Positions 25,839 through 37,840 of a stretch of 64,000 bases of DNA are shown here, in pieces. Positions within the stretch are counted from its first letter, which is position 1; the number at the start of each line of letters is the position of its first letter. The notes under the pieces are model-generated. The model was not told where the DNA came from, did no database searches, and saw only the letters and a list, made by a program, of their open reading frames with translations. The stretch comes from Cyanophora paradoxa CCMP329 (Eukaryota > Plantae > Glaucophyta), in assembly GCA_004431415.1 (NCBI GenBank), contig QPMI01000015.1:496001-560000 (forward strand), written 5' to 3'. Made by a program: the position numbers and the translations under genes.

Positions 25839-27060
25839 ATGTGCGTCATCTTCCTCGCCTGGAGCTCGCACCCAGTCTACCGCCTCGTCCTCCTTTCGAA
25901 TCGGTAGCGCTCCCGGGGCCCGCGGCCGCAGCCGTGCGCATGCGCTCGCGGCTGAGATGAGCTTGCGCAGAGATGAGGACTTGCCCCGACCGACTGCACC
26001 GCTGGCGGAGTGGGAGGACGCGCCTGGCGTGGTTGCGGGCAGAGACCTCGAGCGCGGCGGGACGTGGCTCGGCGTCAACAAGGCGGGGCGGCTCGCGGCC
26101 ATCACAAACGTGCGGGTTGTGACGGCAGACATACGGGACAACATGCTGACGCGCGGCGAGCTGCCGGTGCGGCTCGAGCACTGCGCCGTCACCGCACGTC
26201 CTCTCGTTCTCATCGCCGTGGCGCGCTCCAGGTGCAGTTTCTGAGTGGCGGCGTGGCGAGCGTACGCGTGCGGCCGTTCGCGGAGGAGCTCGTCGCGCGC
26301 TCGCACCGCTACAACGACTTCAACATGCTGCTCGGAGACGTTCCGCGCGGCGAGCTCGCCGCGGTCCACTGTGACGGGGCTCGCGGCGCCTGCGCCGTCC
26401 ACGAGGTGGCCCCGGGCGTCCACGGGCTCAGCAACGCGGACTTCGACACGCCCTGGCCCAAGGCGAGCCGCGCGCGGCGCGCCCGCCTCAGCTGCAGCGC
26501 GCTGAGCGCCAGTCCTTCAGGTCGTCCGGGGGAAGCGCATGCTCTCCGAGGCTCTCGAGAAGGCGGGCGGCGCCCCCGCCAGCTCAGCTCCTGCCACAGG
26601 CCGCGCCCGCTGACTTTGTGCCCCGCCCCAGATGCCGGGGCCGGCGTCGGACGCAGACATCGAACGTACGCAGACTTCGACCCGCCCCGGTCCCGGTGGC
26701 CCCGCCCCGCCCCGCCTGACTCACCCCCACCCACCCAGGCCTCTTCGACATCCTTCGCGACACGCAGCGGGCTCCGGACGACCAGCTCCCCGACACGGGT
26801 GCGGTGGCCCCGTGCGCGGGCCGCTCCGGACCGGCTCTGATGCGTTGGAAGGGTGCGGCGCGGACGTGGAGCGAATGCTCTCCCCCATCCACGTCCGGTG
26901 GCCGGAGAAGGACTACGCGACGCGGTCAATGACCCTCGTGCTGGCGGGCGCGGACGGCAGGTGGCGCGTCATAGAGCTCTCGCTCGACCCCGCGAGCGGC
27001 GCCTGGCACAGGCGGGAGGAGCAGTTCGCGGCGGCCCCGCCCGTGGCGCTCGGCGCGTGA
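25839..27060 (+). CDS. TANGO2: TANGO2/NRDE-family protein
   Basis: MCVIFLAW...LLSNR|DE..RPT, GRDLERGGTWLGVNKAGRLAAITN, RGELPV, YNDFN, HGLSNADFDTPWPK, YATRSMT. Confidence 0.92.
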
Positions 27061-27225
27061 TCGAGCGATCGAGTTCGAACAAACCAGAACCAATGCCACT
27101 GTTTGGCACGGGCTCGGGCAGAGGCGAGCGGGGACGACACGGACGGGTGATGTGGTGGGGGCGAAGGGCGGGTGCGAGAAATCAAAAGAGGGGAGAGCCG
27201 GGCGGTGCCGGGGCGGCGGGCCCGC

Positions 27226-28435
27226 TCAGAACGACTCGGTGGCCTTCTTGAGGTGGGAGTAGGAGGCGCCGGTCTTGAGCGACTGGTCGTGGGACGCGAC
27301 CTGCACGACGAACGATCAGAGGAGGAGGAGGGGGAGAAGGGCGGGGCGGGGCGGGGCGGGAAGGGGCGAGCCTCGAGGTCGAGGCGCTCGGGGAGGCGAA
27401 GCAGCTCCTTCATCTTGTCGCTGCGCGAGGCGTCAGACGGTGCGAGCGGAGCGGCGCGGCGCGGCCGCACGTGAGGAGCTTGCGCATCGCCGAGTCGTTG
27501 TAGTTGCGGAACCAGAGCGCGATACGGTCGCCCGCCTTTCGCCGCGAGGCCACCGCGCCCGTGAGCTCTGCAGGGCGCACGCGGCATCAGGAAACGCCGC
27601 GCAAAAGAAAACGAGAGGCCGGCGCACCGTCCGCGGGGTCCAGCGTCTCGCCAACGAGGGCCATGATCTGGCCACGGGGCGTCAGCGCACGGGACGGAGC
27701 GGGGCGGGCGGCGGTGCGGCGGACCAGATCCTCCCAGTACCGATCCAGCAGGTCCTTGGCGTCACCCTTGAGGGTGATGACCAGCTTGCCGCCCTGCCGA
27801 GGCGATCAGCGGCGGACGTTGCGGCGCCCGGCGTCCGGCGCGCCTTCTTGTTCGCGGAGTCCTCCCACATGGGCTTAATCCCGTCCTTGAACAGGTGCAA
27901 GTTCGCGTTCATCTCGATCATGCTCGGCCGAGGAGTGTTGTTGATGAGCCTGCATGGACGGGCTTTGTCAGCGGCGGGCGGGCGAGCGGCGCGTGCGGAG
28001 GCGTGCAGATGCTCACCGCCAGAAGCCCTCGACCTAATGCACCGGCGGAGAAGGCGAAACAGATCAGAATGGCGAGGCGGGGGATCGCGGTCTGGCGAGT
28101 GTGCGGACCGTGCCGAAGCGGCCAAGAGCCTTCAGGTTCGACTCGTAGTTCTCCTTCTCGCCAGGTACTCTGCGCGAAGCCGCGGGGTCAGCGACGCTCC
28201 CCGTCCATCGCCGGCGCCGGCGCGATCTTCGCCAAACGGGCGCACCGCCGACCCATAGCACCGCCGACGCGCGCATCGTACCAGAGGCACCACTGGTTCT
28301 GCGGAGGGCGCGTCAGGTTCGGGTCGGACGCCGGGGCCGGAGCGAGCGCGTCGCGAAGACCTCCAATGGGTGCGACTCCGGCTTCGGCTTCTCCTCCTGC
28401 TGCGGCTGCTCGGTCTTGGGCTCTTCGTCCGCCAT
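27226..28435 (-). CDS. eIF4E: Cap-binding protein eIF4E family member with non-canonical aromatic residues
   Basis: HPLENQWCLWYD, YESNLK, TVEGFWR, LHLFKDGIKPMWED..NKKGGKL, LDRYWEDL..ALVGE, GAVASRRKAGDRIALW. Confidence 0.93.
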
Positions 28436-28479
28436 CTTCGCTACTTTTTCTCTGCGGGGGGTAGGGGCAGTCGAAGCCG

Positions 28480-31017
28480 ATGGAGCCCGGCAAGCCGGTT
28501 CCGGCGCTCCTCGTACTCGCGGAAGTGCTCCACAAGGCCGGGAACACCCGCGAAGCCGTTCAGGCGCTAGAGTGGTGCTTCCTTGGCGATGCTCGGGTTT
28601 CGGCGCTCCCTTTAACCGCGCACCCGCAGCGTGCTCCAACACGGCGCTTGCAACGCTGAGAGGGAGCTTCGCGTGCGGGCGCACTTGGCGGGCATCCTGC
28701 TGTCGAGCGGGTGCGGAATGACCGTTCGCACAGACCCGCGCGGGCCGTGAGGGACGCCGTGCCGCGCAGGTGCGCGGAGTCAGCGCGTCGCACGCTTGAG
28801 CAAGGCGCGGGAAGCTCGTCCTCGGCCATGGCGCCCCGCCAACAAGCGAACCTGTGGCGCGTGTTGTCAACCGCGCGGGCTGCGTGCGGCGATCGGCAGG
28901 GAGCGATCGACGCAGCGAGGAAGAGCATCGAGATCGGAAGGAGGTGAGGGCCGGCCTGCGAACCGCGCCGCGCCGCCATCGAAACAGAGTCGCGCTCCCG
29001 CCACGGCGTGTTCTCACGAGCAGCGGCGGCAGGCACCGAGCGCACGAGGTCGCCGACTCCGCGGCGCTTCAGCTGGCGGACCTTTACCGGCGGGCCGGCG
29101 ACGCCGACGCGGCCATCCAGAGCCTGCTCGAGGCGGCGCAGGCGGCGCGGGCGCGCGACGACCCGGGCGCCCTGGCCGCATTCGGCCTGGCGCGCGCGCA
29201 GGCGCTGCTGGAGGGCGACTCGCCCCTCGCCGCGCTGCAGGCGATCGACGCCGGTGACGAGGACGTACCCCCGCCCGTCGGCGGCGCCGAGCGGGGGGCC
29301 GCGGGGCCCTCCGCGTCCTCGCAGGGCTCCTCGCAGGGCTCGGCGCAGGGCGCCCAGACGCCCGTGCACCCCGAGGCGAGCCGCGCCGCTTGCCTGGCGT
29401 TCCGGACGCGCCCTGACGCGCCCTGACACGCCGCGCCGCAGCTGCACGCGCAGGGGATCATGCTGAGGGTCCTCGCCTCGCTCCGAGCCGGCCGGCCACA
29501 GGACGCGCACGCCTCGCTCCTCAGGCTCCACCACGCCATGAAGGCCGCGCCGGAACCCGGCGTGTCCCCCTACAGCTGGTTCCCCTCCGTCCTCGCCCGG
29601 TGCGCCGTACCCCTCCTGGCTGCCTCCCCCTGGGCCCCCTTGACACCGTACCCCCCAGGAACTCGTTCCTGTACTTCCTCTCGGCGGAATGTAACCGCCT
29701 CCACAAGCCACAGTCCGCCTTGAAGTTCGCGATCAAGGGCCTTGAATCCGTCGACGGTCCGCCGTACCCCCCCCCGGTTCCCGTACCCCTCGAACGCGGC
29801 GGGGCGGGGCGGCAGCGGGAGCGAGGGGCGCCGGGGACGGTCCGCAGCAGGCGGGGGAGCGGGCGTTCCTCGCGTCCCTGCGGGGCGCCCTACTATCCTC
29901 GCTCTCCGCCATACATCTCCAGGCCGGGAACCTCGTAGCGGCTGTCAAGGCCAGCCCGTCTCCGCTGTCTCCGCCCCCTCTTTCTTTTTCTGAGCGGCGG
30001 CGGCGGCGGGCGGCGCAGGCGGCGGCGGGGGTGCCGGAGGAGGCGGGAGACTCGGGTGAGCTGATCAAGGCGGCCGCCTGCGCCGCCGCCGGGCGGCTCG
30101 ACGCGGCGGCCGAGCGGCTGCGGGCCCTCGGCGCGGGCTCCGCCTCTGGCTCCGGCTCCGCGGCCCGCGGCATGACCTGGCGGCGGCCGCGGCGGCGCTG
30201 GCGGCGGCGGTGGCGCTGGAGGCGGGCGCCCCGCGGCCCGAGCTCGCGCGGCGCCTGGCGGAGGTCGAGCGGCTGGCCGGCGGGCCGGGCGCCGGCTGCG
30301 CGGGGCCCTCTCTGCGCCTCGTCGAGGGCTGCTGAGGCTCCGCCTCAAGCAGAAGAACGCCGCGTCCGCCCCGCCCCGCCCCGCCCCGCCCCGCCCCACC
30401 CGCCCCGCTAGCGCTGACAACGGGGCGGGCAGGGTGGAGTTCCGTGCGGCGGCGGAGGCGGGGCGGGCGTGGGGCCACGCCGCGCTCGTGGCGCACGCGT
30501 CGCTGGGCCTCGCGGCGGCCGGCGCGCCCGGGAGGAGGCGGCGGTGCACCTCCGGGCCGGCCTGGCGGCGCTGGAGGCCGCCCGGGGCGCCCACGACGAG
30601 CCGGGGCTGCTGGCCCGCCTCTGGGGCGGCCTCCCCGGCGAGGACCGCAGGCGCGCCGAGGCCGCCGCCCGCCACGCCGAGCAGGCGCGCTCGCTCGCCC
30701 GAGCGCCCGGCCGTCCCACAAACTCTAGATCTCTTTTTGAGGGGCTTCGCTGCGCCGCGCAGGTCCAGGCGGCGAAGGCGCTGCCAGAGCTCGCGCTCCT
30801 GTGTCAAGAAAGGGCGGCGGCGGGGCCCGCGGCGACTTCGACGGCGGTGGCGGGGACCGCGGCGGGCAAGCAGCCGAAGCAGCAGGGCCCGGCCGCGGGC
30901 CCGGGCGTGGCGCCTTCCAGCTCCGCCCCGTCCCCAAAGCGGTGCGACCCCGGCCTACCCATCTGTCCGAGAACCCCGCCGATTCTGCGCCATTCCCGCA
31001 GGCACAAAGCTGGCTAG
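28480..31017 (+). CDS. TPR-like helical protein resembling cohesin loader MAU2/Scc4 (3' end uncertain)
   Basis: ALLVLAEVLHK...AVQALE, ERELRVRAHLAGILL...ARRTLEQ and YSWFP...FLYFLS...ALKFAIKGLE resemble the MAU2 N-terminal and WLP segments (from memory). Confidence 0.55.
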
Positions 31018-31266
31018 CTCTAGCTAGCTTGCACAAATCCGAGTCTACAATATTAATTCAACCTTTATCTGTATCATGTTGCGGCGTCGCACTGATCATG
31101 AGAATTATAGCAGCTCTAGAAACGAAATCGAAATCGAAAGACAGCGAAAGTCATTCAAGGCACTTGGAGCACATTGAGATGCTGCAGCTGAATCTTACAG
31201 TTTATAGTCAAGCAGCTGCAGAGTGGTTACAGCTTTACTGAGCTTGGGAATTGTGTGCATGGATGC

Positions 31267-33075
31267 TCACAGCTGCAGAGCGGCCGCCAGAAAAGCAGCG
31301 TGGACGGCCATCGCCAAGCCAGCGAGCGTGGGGGCGCCGGGGCCGGCCGAAGACACGTAGGGGATCCCGACCGCCGCTGTTGGGGTCCACGTGAATGCCT
31401 GCAGTCGGCGTCAGGGTTGCCATTGCGATCGAACGAAATTCAAAAAAAAATGAAGTCCGCGCATTCAGCAAGGTGAAGGTGTCCTGAAGAACACGAGCAC
31501 GGTTAAGAAGTTCGAACCCGAGACGTCGACTCGGGCGCTAATTAATTGCTTGTGTGCGCACGAAAGAGCCGGAGGGGCTGCTGAACCGGAGGCCGTAGTT
31601 CGCGTTCGTGGTGAATGCGTTCGTGGCCTGTGATTAATTAGATACGTTTACTAGAGTATGGTAGTATACTTAAACAGACGCACCCCAAGCAGAGAACGCT
31701 CCAGGCGGCGCCCGCTGTTGCAGGTCGACAGAGAGGGGATAACTGCCGAGCACCGATATGTTATTTTCAGTCGACGTCGAGTTGCGATTTTCAAAGACAA
31801 GTCAAAGCCTATGCAAATCAAGAACTTCGGAAATTATGTAATTAAGAGCAGAGAGAGGTCTAGCGGAATTTTTAAGGAGCTCAACGGCCGCGGGCCCCGA
31901 GGAAGCAGACGCACAGAATGTGATCAGAGTCGCGCTTGCGATCTTGCCGTCTCGAGCCTTGCACTCGCTCGCTCCGGACACAATGTACACGTCGATGTTG
32001 GACGGGTAGGGGCCCGGGAAGTTCTATAAAGCGTGTCCCAATCGCGAATCAGCTCAAACAAAGCCCATAGAAATTGAATACGAGCTCGAGCTCATTCGCG
32101 CCTCTCCATTGATGCTGACTTCTACGCCAGCGGCCTGAGGGGTCCGGACGACGGGCTGCCTCGTGTCGGCCGTGTTGGTGTTCGGATCGAAGACGAGGCT
32201 GAACGAGCCGCTGATGCCTTGCACGGTGATCTTCGTGATGTTCTGCGCCATATGCATGCAAACGATCAGCAGCAAGAACTTCGAATGCAAACCATGCATG
32301 CGCAGCTGATCATGACACATGCAAATTCTAATACTTTAATTGGACGCACCAGGACGGGGGGCTTGGGCGTGGGCGACGGCAAGGGTGAAGGTGACGGCGT
32401 GGGGCTTGAAATTGGGCTCGCGGGTGCGGAGGGAGACGGAGACGGGGACGGGGAAGGGGAAGGGGACGTCGACGGGGACGGGGACGGGGTGGCCGAGGGG
32501 CTGGCGCTGGGCGACGGGCTGGCGCTCGGGCTGGGCGACGGCGAGGGGCTCGCGCTCGGGCTCGGGCTGGGGGACGGCGTCGGCGGGTTCGCGCAGGCGC
32601 CGTCGATGACCTGCTGGCCGGCCGCGCAGCAGAAGTTGGAGATGTTGACGAGGGGCGGCTGGCACGCGCAGACGGGGCGCATCGCGACGAAGAAAGTCGC
32701 GCCGTCGGTTTGGACGAACCGGTCGCTCTCGGGATAATAGCCGCCAGAGAACGCCTGGAGCCGCCGGGAGAATAGCTGATGCCGCTTGGTCGACGGCGAC
32801 GACGGCAGCGACTGGTCGCTGCAATTTTTCTCGGAAACCATGGCCTGCCCCGCGGTGCAGTTCGTATGGATGCAGTAAGAATCGCCGAGGTACTCCACAA
32901 CCGTGCGGCCGAGGGTCGCATCGCTCGTACAATCGGAAGCCGTACAGCCATCCGGAAAGATAACCGAGCGATCGATTTCGCACTTACTGCACGCGCCGAC
33001 CAGCGCCGGACCGACAGCCGCGAAGGCGACCAGGAGGAACGCCACGCGAACGGAAACCGACCGCTCCGATTTCAT
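31267..33075 (-). CDS. Secreted Cys-rich + (SP)n hydroxyproline-rich glycoprotein with a C-terminal GPI-anchor-like signal
   Basis: Signal peptide [18 protein letters not shown], Cys-rich domain, SPSPSP tract at ~32365-32585, further short exons, and last exon ...[30 protein letters not shown]. Confidence 0.7.
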
Positions 33076-35399
33076 GGCGTGGTCTTGCTTGCACGTTACC
33101 GCTAGCTAGGCCTAGGGCCGCTGTTGCGCGCGCGCGGTTCCGAGGTTCGATCAGCGGGACCGGCGAGTCGGCGGCGACGGATACCATGTACCCCCCGGTA
33201 CCACTTAATTGATGCGCCAGCTATTTTTTCCAATTTTTCCAACTGCCGCGCGCAGTGCAGTAATTATATAACTAGTACTTATCGGTAGCTATATATAGTA
33301 ACACTGCATGAGTCTGCATGCGCATCAGTCTGCATGCACAGCTCGTTTTTTTTCCTAATCGACCCAACACGGCCCGGATATGGGCAAGGGTAGCCGGCGA
33401 TCGCGATAACTTTTCACCCGGTGCACGACGGCTAGTCCCGCTGCAGGAGGTTAATTGTAGCCGGCAAGCTAGCGGGTAGAATGCACTAGCTTGCGCCGGG
33501 GAATTCCAAACACCCGCGGGGAATTTTGATGAAAACCGGACACTCGCCGTGTTGGGTCGACCGGTAAAAAAACGAGCTGTGCATGCGCAGTTCAACGGTT
33601 GAAGCCTTGAAGCGTCCCACGGTCCGGTACCCCGGTCCTCGCGTCCGACGGATCCGGTGATTCCGGTCACGAATTCGAATCACGATTTCGGTGAGATTCC
33701 CGGATCCGGATCCCGGACTCGGAGTCCGGTCCGGAGTCCGGACTAGTACTCCGGGAATCGGGATACCGTAATGCAGAATATTAAGGTCTGTTCTTAATTA
33801 ATTATGTCGTCCCGAATTCGAAATTATGTCGCCTAAAACTTGACAGAATTCGAACGACATAATTTGGGGACGTCATAATGGAGTGCGCAATGAGGTATCC
33901 CCCCACTTTTACCGCCCCATACAAGCCCATACCGGCCACAGTCTCTAGACACCAGCGCTAGCACTGCGGGGGCTGCGCATGCCCAGGGGGCATAAAGACA
34001 AAAAAGCAAAATAACTAAGACAAGATCTAGAGCACGAAGAAAGATGTTAAGTCTCAAGTCCGAACGGTCCCTTTATAGTTATTGTCTAGGGGTGACACGG
34101 ACTCGGACACGGACTGAGACCCAACAGAGTTTTATCTGACCTGCAGTGACCACACGCCCGATCCCGTGCCGGCTCTTAGGCAAGTAGTGTTTCACGTAGA
34201 CCGCAGCTGCAGATAGGCCCGCGCGCCAGGGGAGGCTTAGCTATAGTGGGGTATAGCTATATGTATATGCTGGCCATGGGGCCGGCCGGCGCCCTCCCTC
34301 CGGATCAATGTCCAGCTCCAGAGTCGAACCCGCCTCTCGCGGCGCAGTTTTTGCCCGCGACATTCGTCGCAGCAGAGAAAAGCCGTCCTCGGCGCCTATA
34401 GCTACGTATACTGTCTCCCGCGACATTCGTCGCAGCAAGAGTTGTACCCCCTCCATCGTCGTCCAGGGTATAGAGTTCGAAGCCCCTCCGGGTACATCCA
34501 GTGACCTTCGGCCTGGGTACTGGACGAGCTTCCGAGCCCGGTCCGTTCCGAACCCTTCGCGATCGCCGATCGACCAGCTGCAGATTATATTGCGATTGAG
34601 GGGGAACTTCGGAAGCGCCGCGGCGGATCGATATCTTCGAGATCTTGGGGAAAGCAGAGCTTCCGAAGTCCCAAGCGTCCGGCCGTAGCCGTGTGTAGTG
34701 CCTGTCAGTGATGGGCACTTTATTAATAAGTACTTATAATATTTTATTAATAACGTATTAATAATACGTTATTAGTAAGGTCCCGGAACAGCCATTCTTA
34801 TTAATAACGTTTATTAGTTTGGGGGGGTACCCGTAGACACACCATTTCTTGCACTCTATGACGAGTCTGTGCATGCTAGAGCGATACAAAGCAGTTCTAT
34901 ACACGTCTAGAGACCTTCTGGGCACTTCTGCAGCTTGATATGATGCTCATAAGCTGATCAGACGGCAGCTCCAGACCATCCAGTACCCCCTTGGTCGCAC
35001 TTTAACCCTTTTATTCGACCCCCAACAGATATAGAGGGCACTCGCAATGCTCAGGCAGCTTATATAAGAGTGTTTAGCACCAGAACCGCGCGGCAATGCT
35101 CCTTCAACGCGTGGTTTCGCGCTTCTATGAGGAAGTAATTATTAATCTACTAATAACTAATTATTAACTATCAGGCGAAGCCTCTTTCTCAAACCCAAAA
35201 ACCGCCGATATAAATTCCTTTTTTAACCTTTTTTTCCACTCAAGATCCCCCCTGCTAAATAATTTCCGCGTCGCACTCCCTCGAGGACGAATTATTAATT
35301 CTGCCTCGACACGGACGCGATTGCCGCTAATGACTCAGCTACCCTAACCCCCACAGACCTCTCTAGATCCATTTTTAGCGTCGTGGCTCCCCTAAGACG

Positions 35400-36080
35400 A
35401 CCGCTCGCCCGTGGGCGTCGCGCGAAAATCGAATTTCCCTCTGGATCAATTCCGGTACTTAACCTCCGACAAATGCAGTCCGAGTCAGAAGGTGGGACCC
35501 GGTCCCGCCCGGTCCCGCGACGAAATCGCGCCAGGGACGCCCCAGAACGATACAGAATGCCGCGCGAGGGCGAGCGCATCGCCGCAAACTCGATTTCAAG
35601 CGCCGTCGACGCTCCAGTGCGAAGAGTCGGCCGAAAATTTGATCCAGCGCTAGCCGGTCCCGCCCGGTCCCGCGACGCGCGCAATCGATGCGTACTGGCG
35701 CGCATGGACATAGCAGGGCCTGCGCACCCCGAAATCCGCTTTTCGGAGCCGGAACAGCGCAGGAAGGTACCCGACGGCCAAAATTCGATCCTGCACGCGC
35801 CCTGACATCTTTCCGCGCGCCCACGCCGCGGCGCATGCGCGGAACGATAGCATAAGCATTTAAGATGTAGGCAAAGTCTTCCGCACGCTTTGCGTATGCG
35901 ACGGGCCGCGAGGACCCAGCCGACCCCGAAAATTCGATCCTGCATGGACCTGCACATCTTTCCGCGCGCCCTCGCCTCGAGCTCCGCAGCCCCGCACATC
36001 GATGCTATAGCTATATGCATTCAAGATTCTGTTTAAGCGATTCGCAAGCTCTGTGCATGCGCCTGGCCGCGAGAACCTTG
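35400..36080. repeat. Degenerate ~150-160-bp tandem repeats
   Basis: ccggtcccgcccggtcccgcgacg at ~35499 and ~35654; aaattcgatcctgca...catctttccgcgcgccc at ~35781 and ~35931. Confidence 0.65.
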
Positions 36081-36527
36081 CCCCTCCCGGGCCTCCCTCT
36101 CAACAATATTATATATAATTCATCTCCTCTAATCTCAACCTGCTCCGGCCTCCCTTTATTTCCTCAGTACATTAATATTCCTCTAGTTATATTCCTCTAG
36201 CCGGCCAGCGGTAGCTGGACTGGCCGTCAGCCGGCCAGCTTCCAACCAGAAAGCTGTTCGCGATCGGCCAGGCCGCTGGCCAGTGCCCTATAGGCCTACT
36301 GTGACAGCCGCGAGGGCGTCCGCGAGGCTTCGCCGTACTTAGTGCTCCGCAGGAGCACGGATCTTGTTAATAATCATTCTTATAAAGTCCCATTTTTGGG
36401 GTTATTATTAATTCCATCACTGGTGCCTGTGTACTAGCCTAATGGGATTTGATATAGAGGGATAAGAACGTTCAAGCGAGTTCGAATTCCCTCGAAGAGA
36501 AGCTCGAAAAATATAGAAAAACAAATC

Positions 36528-37840
36528 TCATGAAGCTCCGTGCAGCTTCCGGAGCCTTGCAACGTGGACCTCAAACGTGCCACTGGCACCGGGCCTGAAG
36601 AGTGGGCACCGTGGCACATCGACGCGGCTCAGGCGCTTCTCGATCATGAACGGTCCCAGCCAGCCCGACGCGTTCGGTCGCGGTGCCTTTCCCCTGCGGC
36701 TTTCGACGTAGAGCTCGACTAGCTCCTCCGGCTGGAAGGACCAGCGTCGCCCCGCGCGCCGCCACGCGCGTTCGTAGCGCAGCCCCTGGCGCACGATGTT
36801 GAGGAAAGCCTCGCGCCAGAGCGCGTGCGTCTCGCGCGACCGCGCCTCCGCGATCTCTTGAGCCTCCGCCCGAGTCATGTCGCGGAGCTGATCGTCCCCG
36901 GCCGCCAACGGTATGTCCGCGCCCGGCCGCGTCGTTGAGCTATCGTCTTCACGACCGACAGCCTTGCGTCGTCGCGCAGCGCCCGCCGCGCCGTCGGAAC
37001 GAGCAGCCTTGCGCGCGCGCTTTGCCGGCAGCGGTTGCGTCCAATACTCGCCGGTTAGGCCATCACCAGGACCAGGTCTGTTCCCCGCGAGCTCCTCGCG
37101 ATCGCCCTCTTGTTCGAAATCCTCGTCCGAACCTGACGCCGACTCCTGGTCAGATGCAGGCTCGACCTGTTCGGCCGGCGGTGCGGTTGCTGAGGGCGCT
37201 GCCGCTGCTGGCGCCCGTGCGCGCCGTGGTTGCGAGGGCAGAGCCCAATAATCACCCGTGAGGCCGCGAGGACCCAGACCCGTCCTCCGCGCGCCCGCGA
37301 TGATAGAAGCGATCATCATGTCAAGCATGTCCCGGTACGACACGCTCGCAGCTTGCGGCCGCGGCCCGACTGCCTCGTCCGTTGCCGCTGAGCGCCTTGC
37401 GCAGCGAGCAGTGGCTGGCCCGGCCACCCACTTGCGCGTCGCCGCGTCGTACACGAAGCTCTCCTCCGGCTCGCATGAATCCGCTCGCGCCTCCGGCCGA
37501 CTCGGTGAGAACGCGTCGTACGCTGACCAACTGGCCTGGCCACTGACAGGCTCCTTCGAATGCAGAGCTCCGAAGCGAGCGTGCAGAGGCAGGATGGCAT
37601 CGTACGACTTGTGCAGCCGGAACGGCGTGAACCCCGTCGCGTCCGACACCGAGGTATTCATGGCCAGCACCGCCTCCGCGATGTGGTTCTTCCATGATCC
37701 GCCTTTCGCACGCCAGATGCAGCGGATCTCCTTCTCGAGCGTCTGATGCGCCCGCTCCAAGGATCCCTTTGCTTGAGGTGCGTACGCCGGAAGAATAATC
37801 AGACGAATTCCGTGCCGTGCACAGAATTGCTGAAATAGCC
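36528..37840 (-). mobile_element. 5'-truncated Ty3/Gypsy-type (or Ginger-like) DDE integrase ORF
   Basis: FQQFCARHGIRLIILPAYAPQAKGSLERAHQTLEK...W...AVLAMNTSVSDATGFTPFRL (second half of the rve core) and C-terminal WLGPFMI...VHVARLR. The N-terminal core is missing, cut at 37840. Confidence 0.85.
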
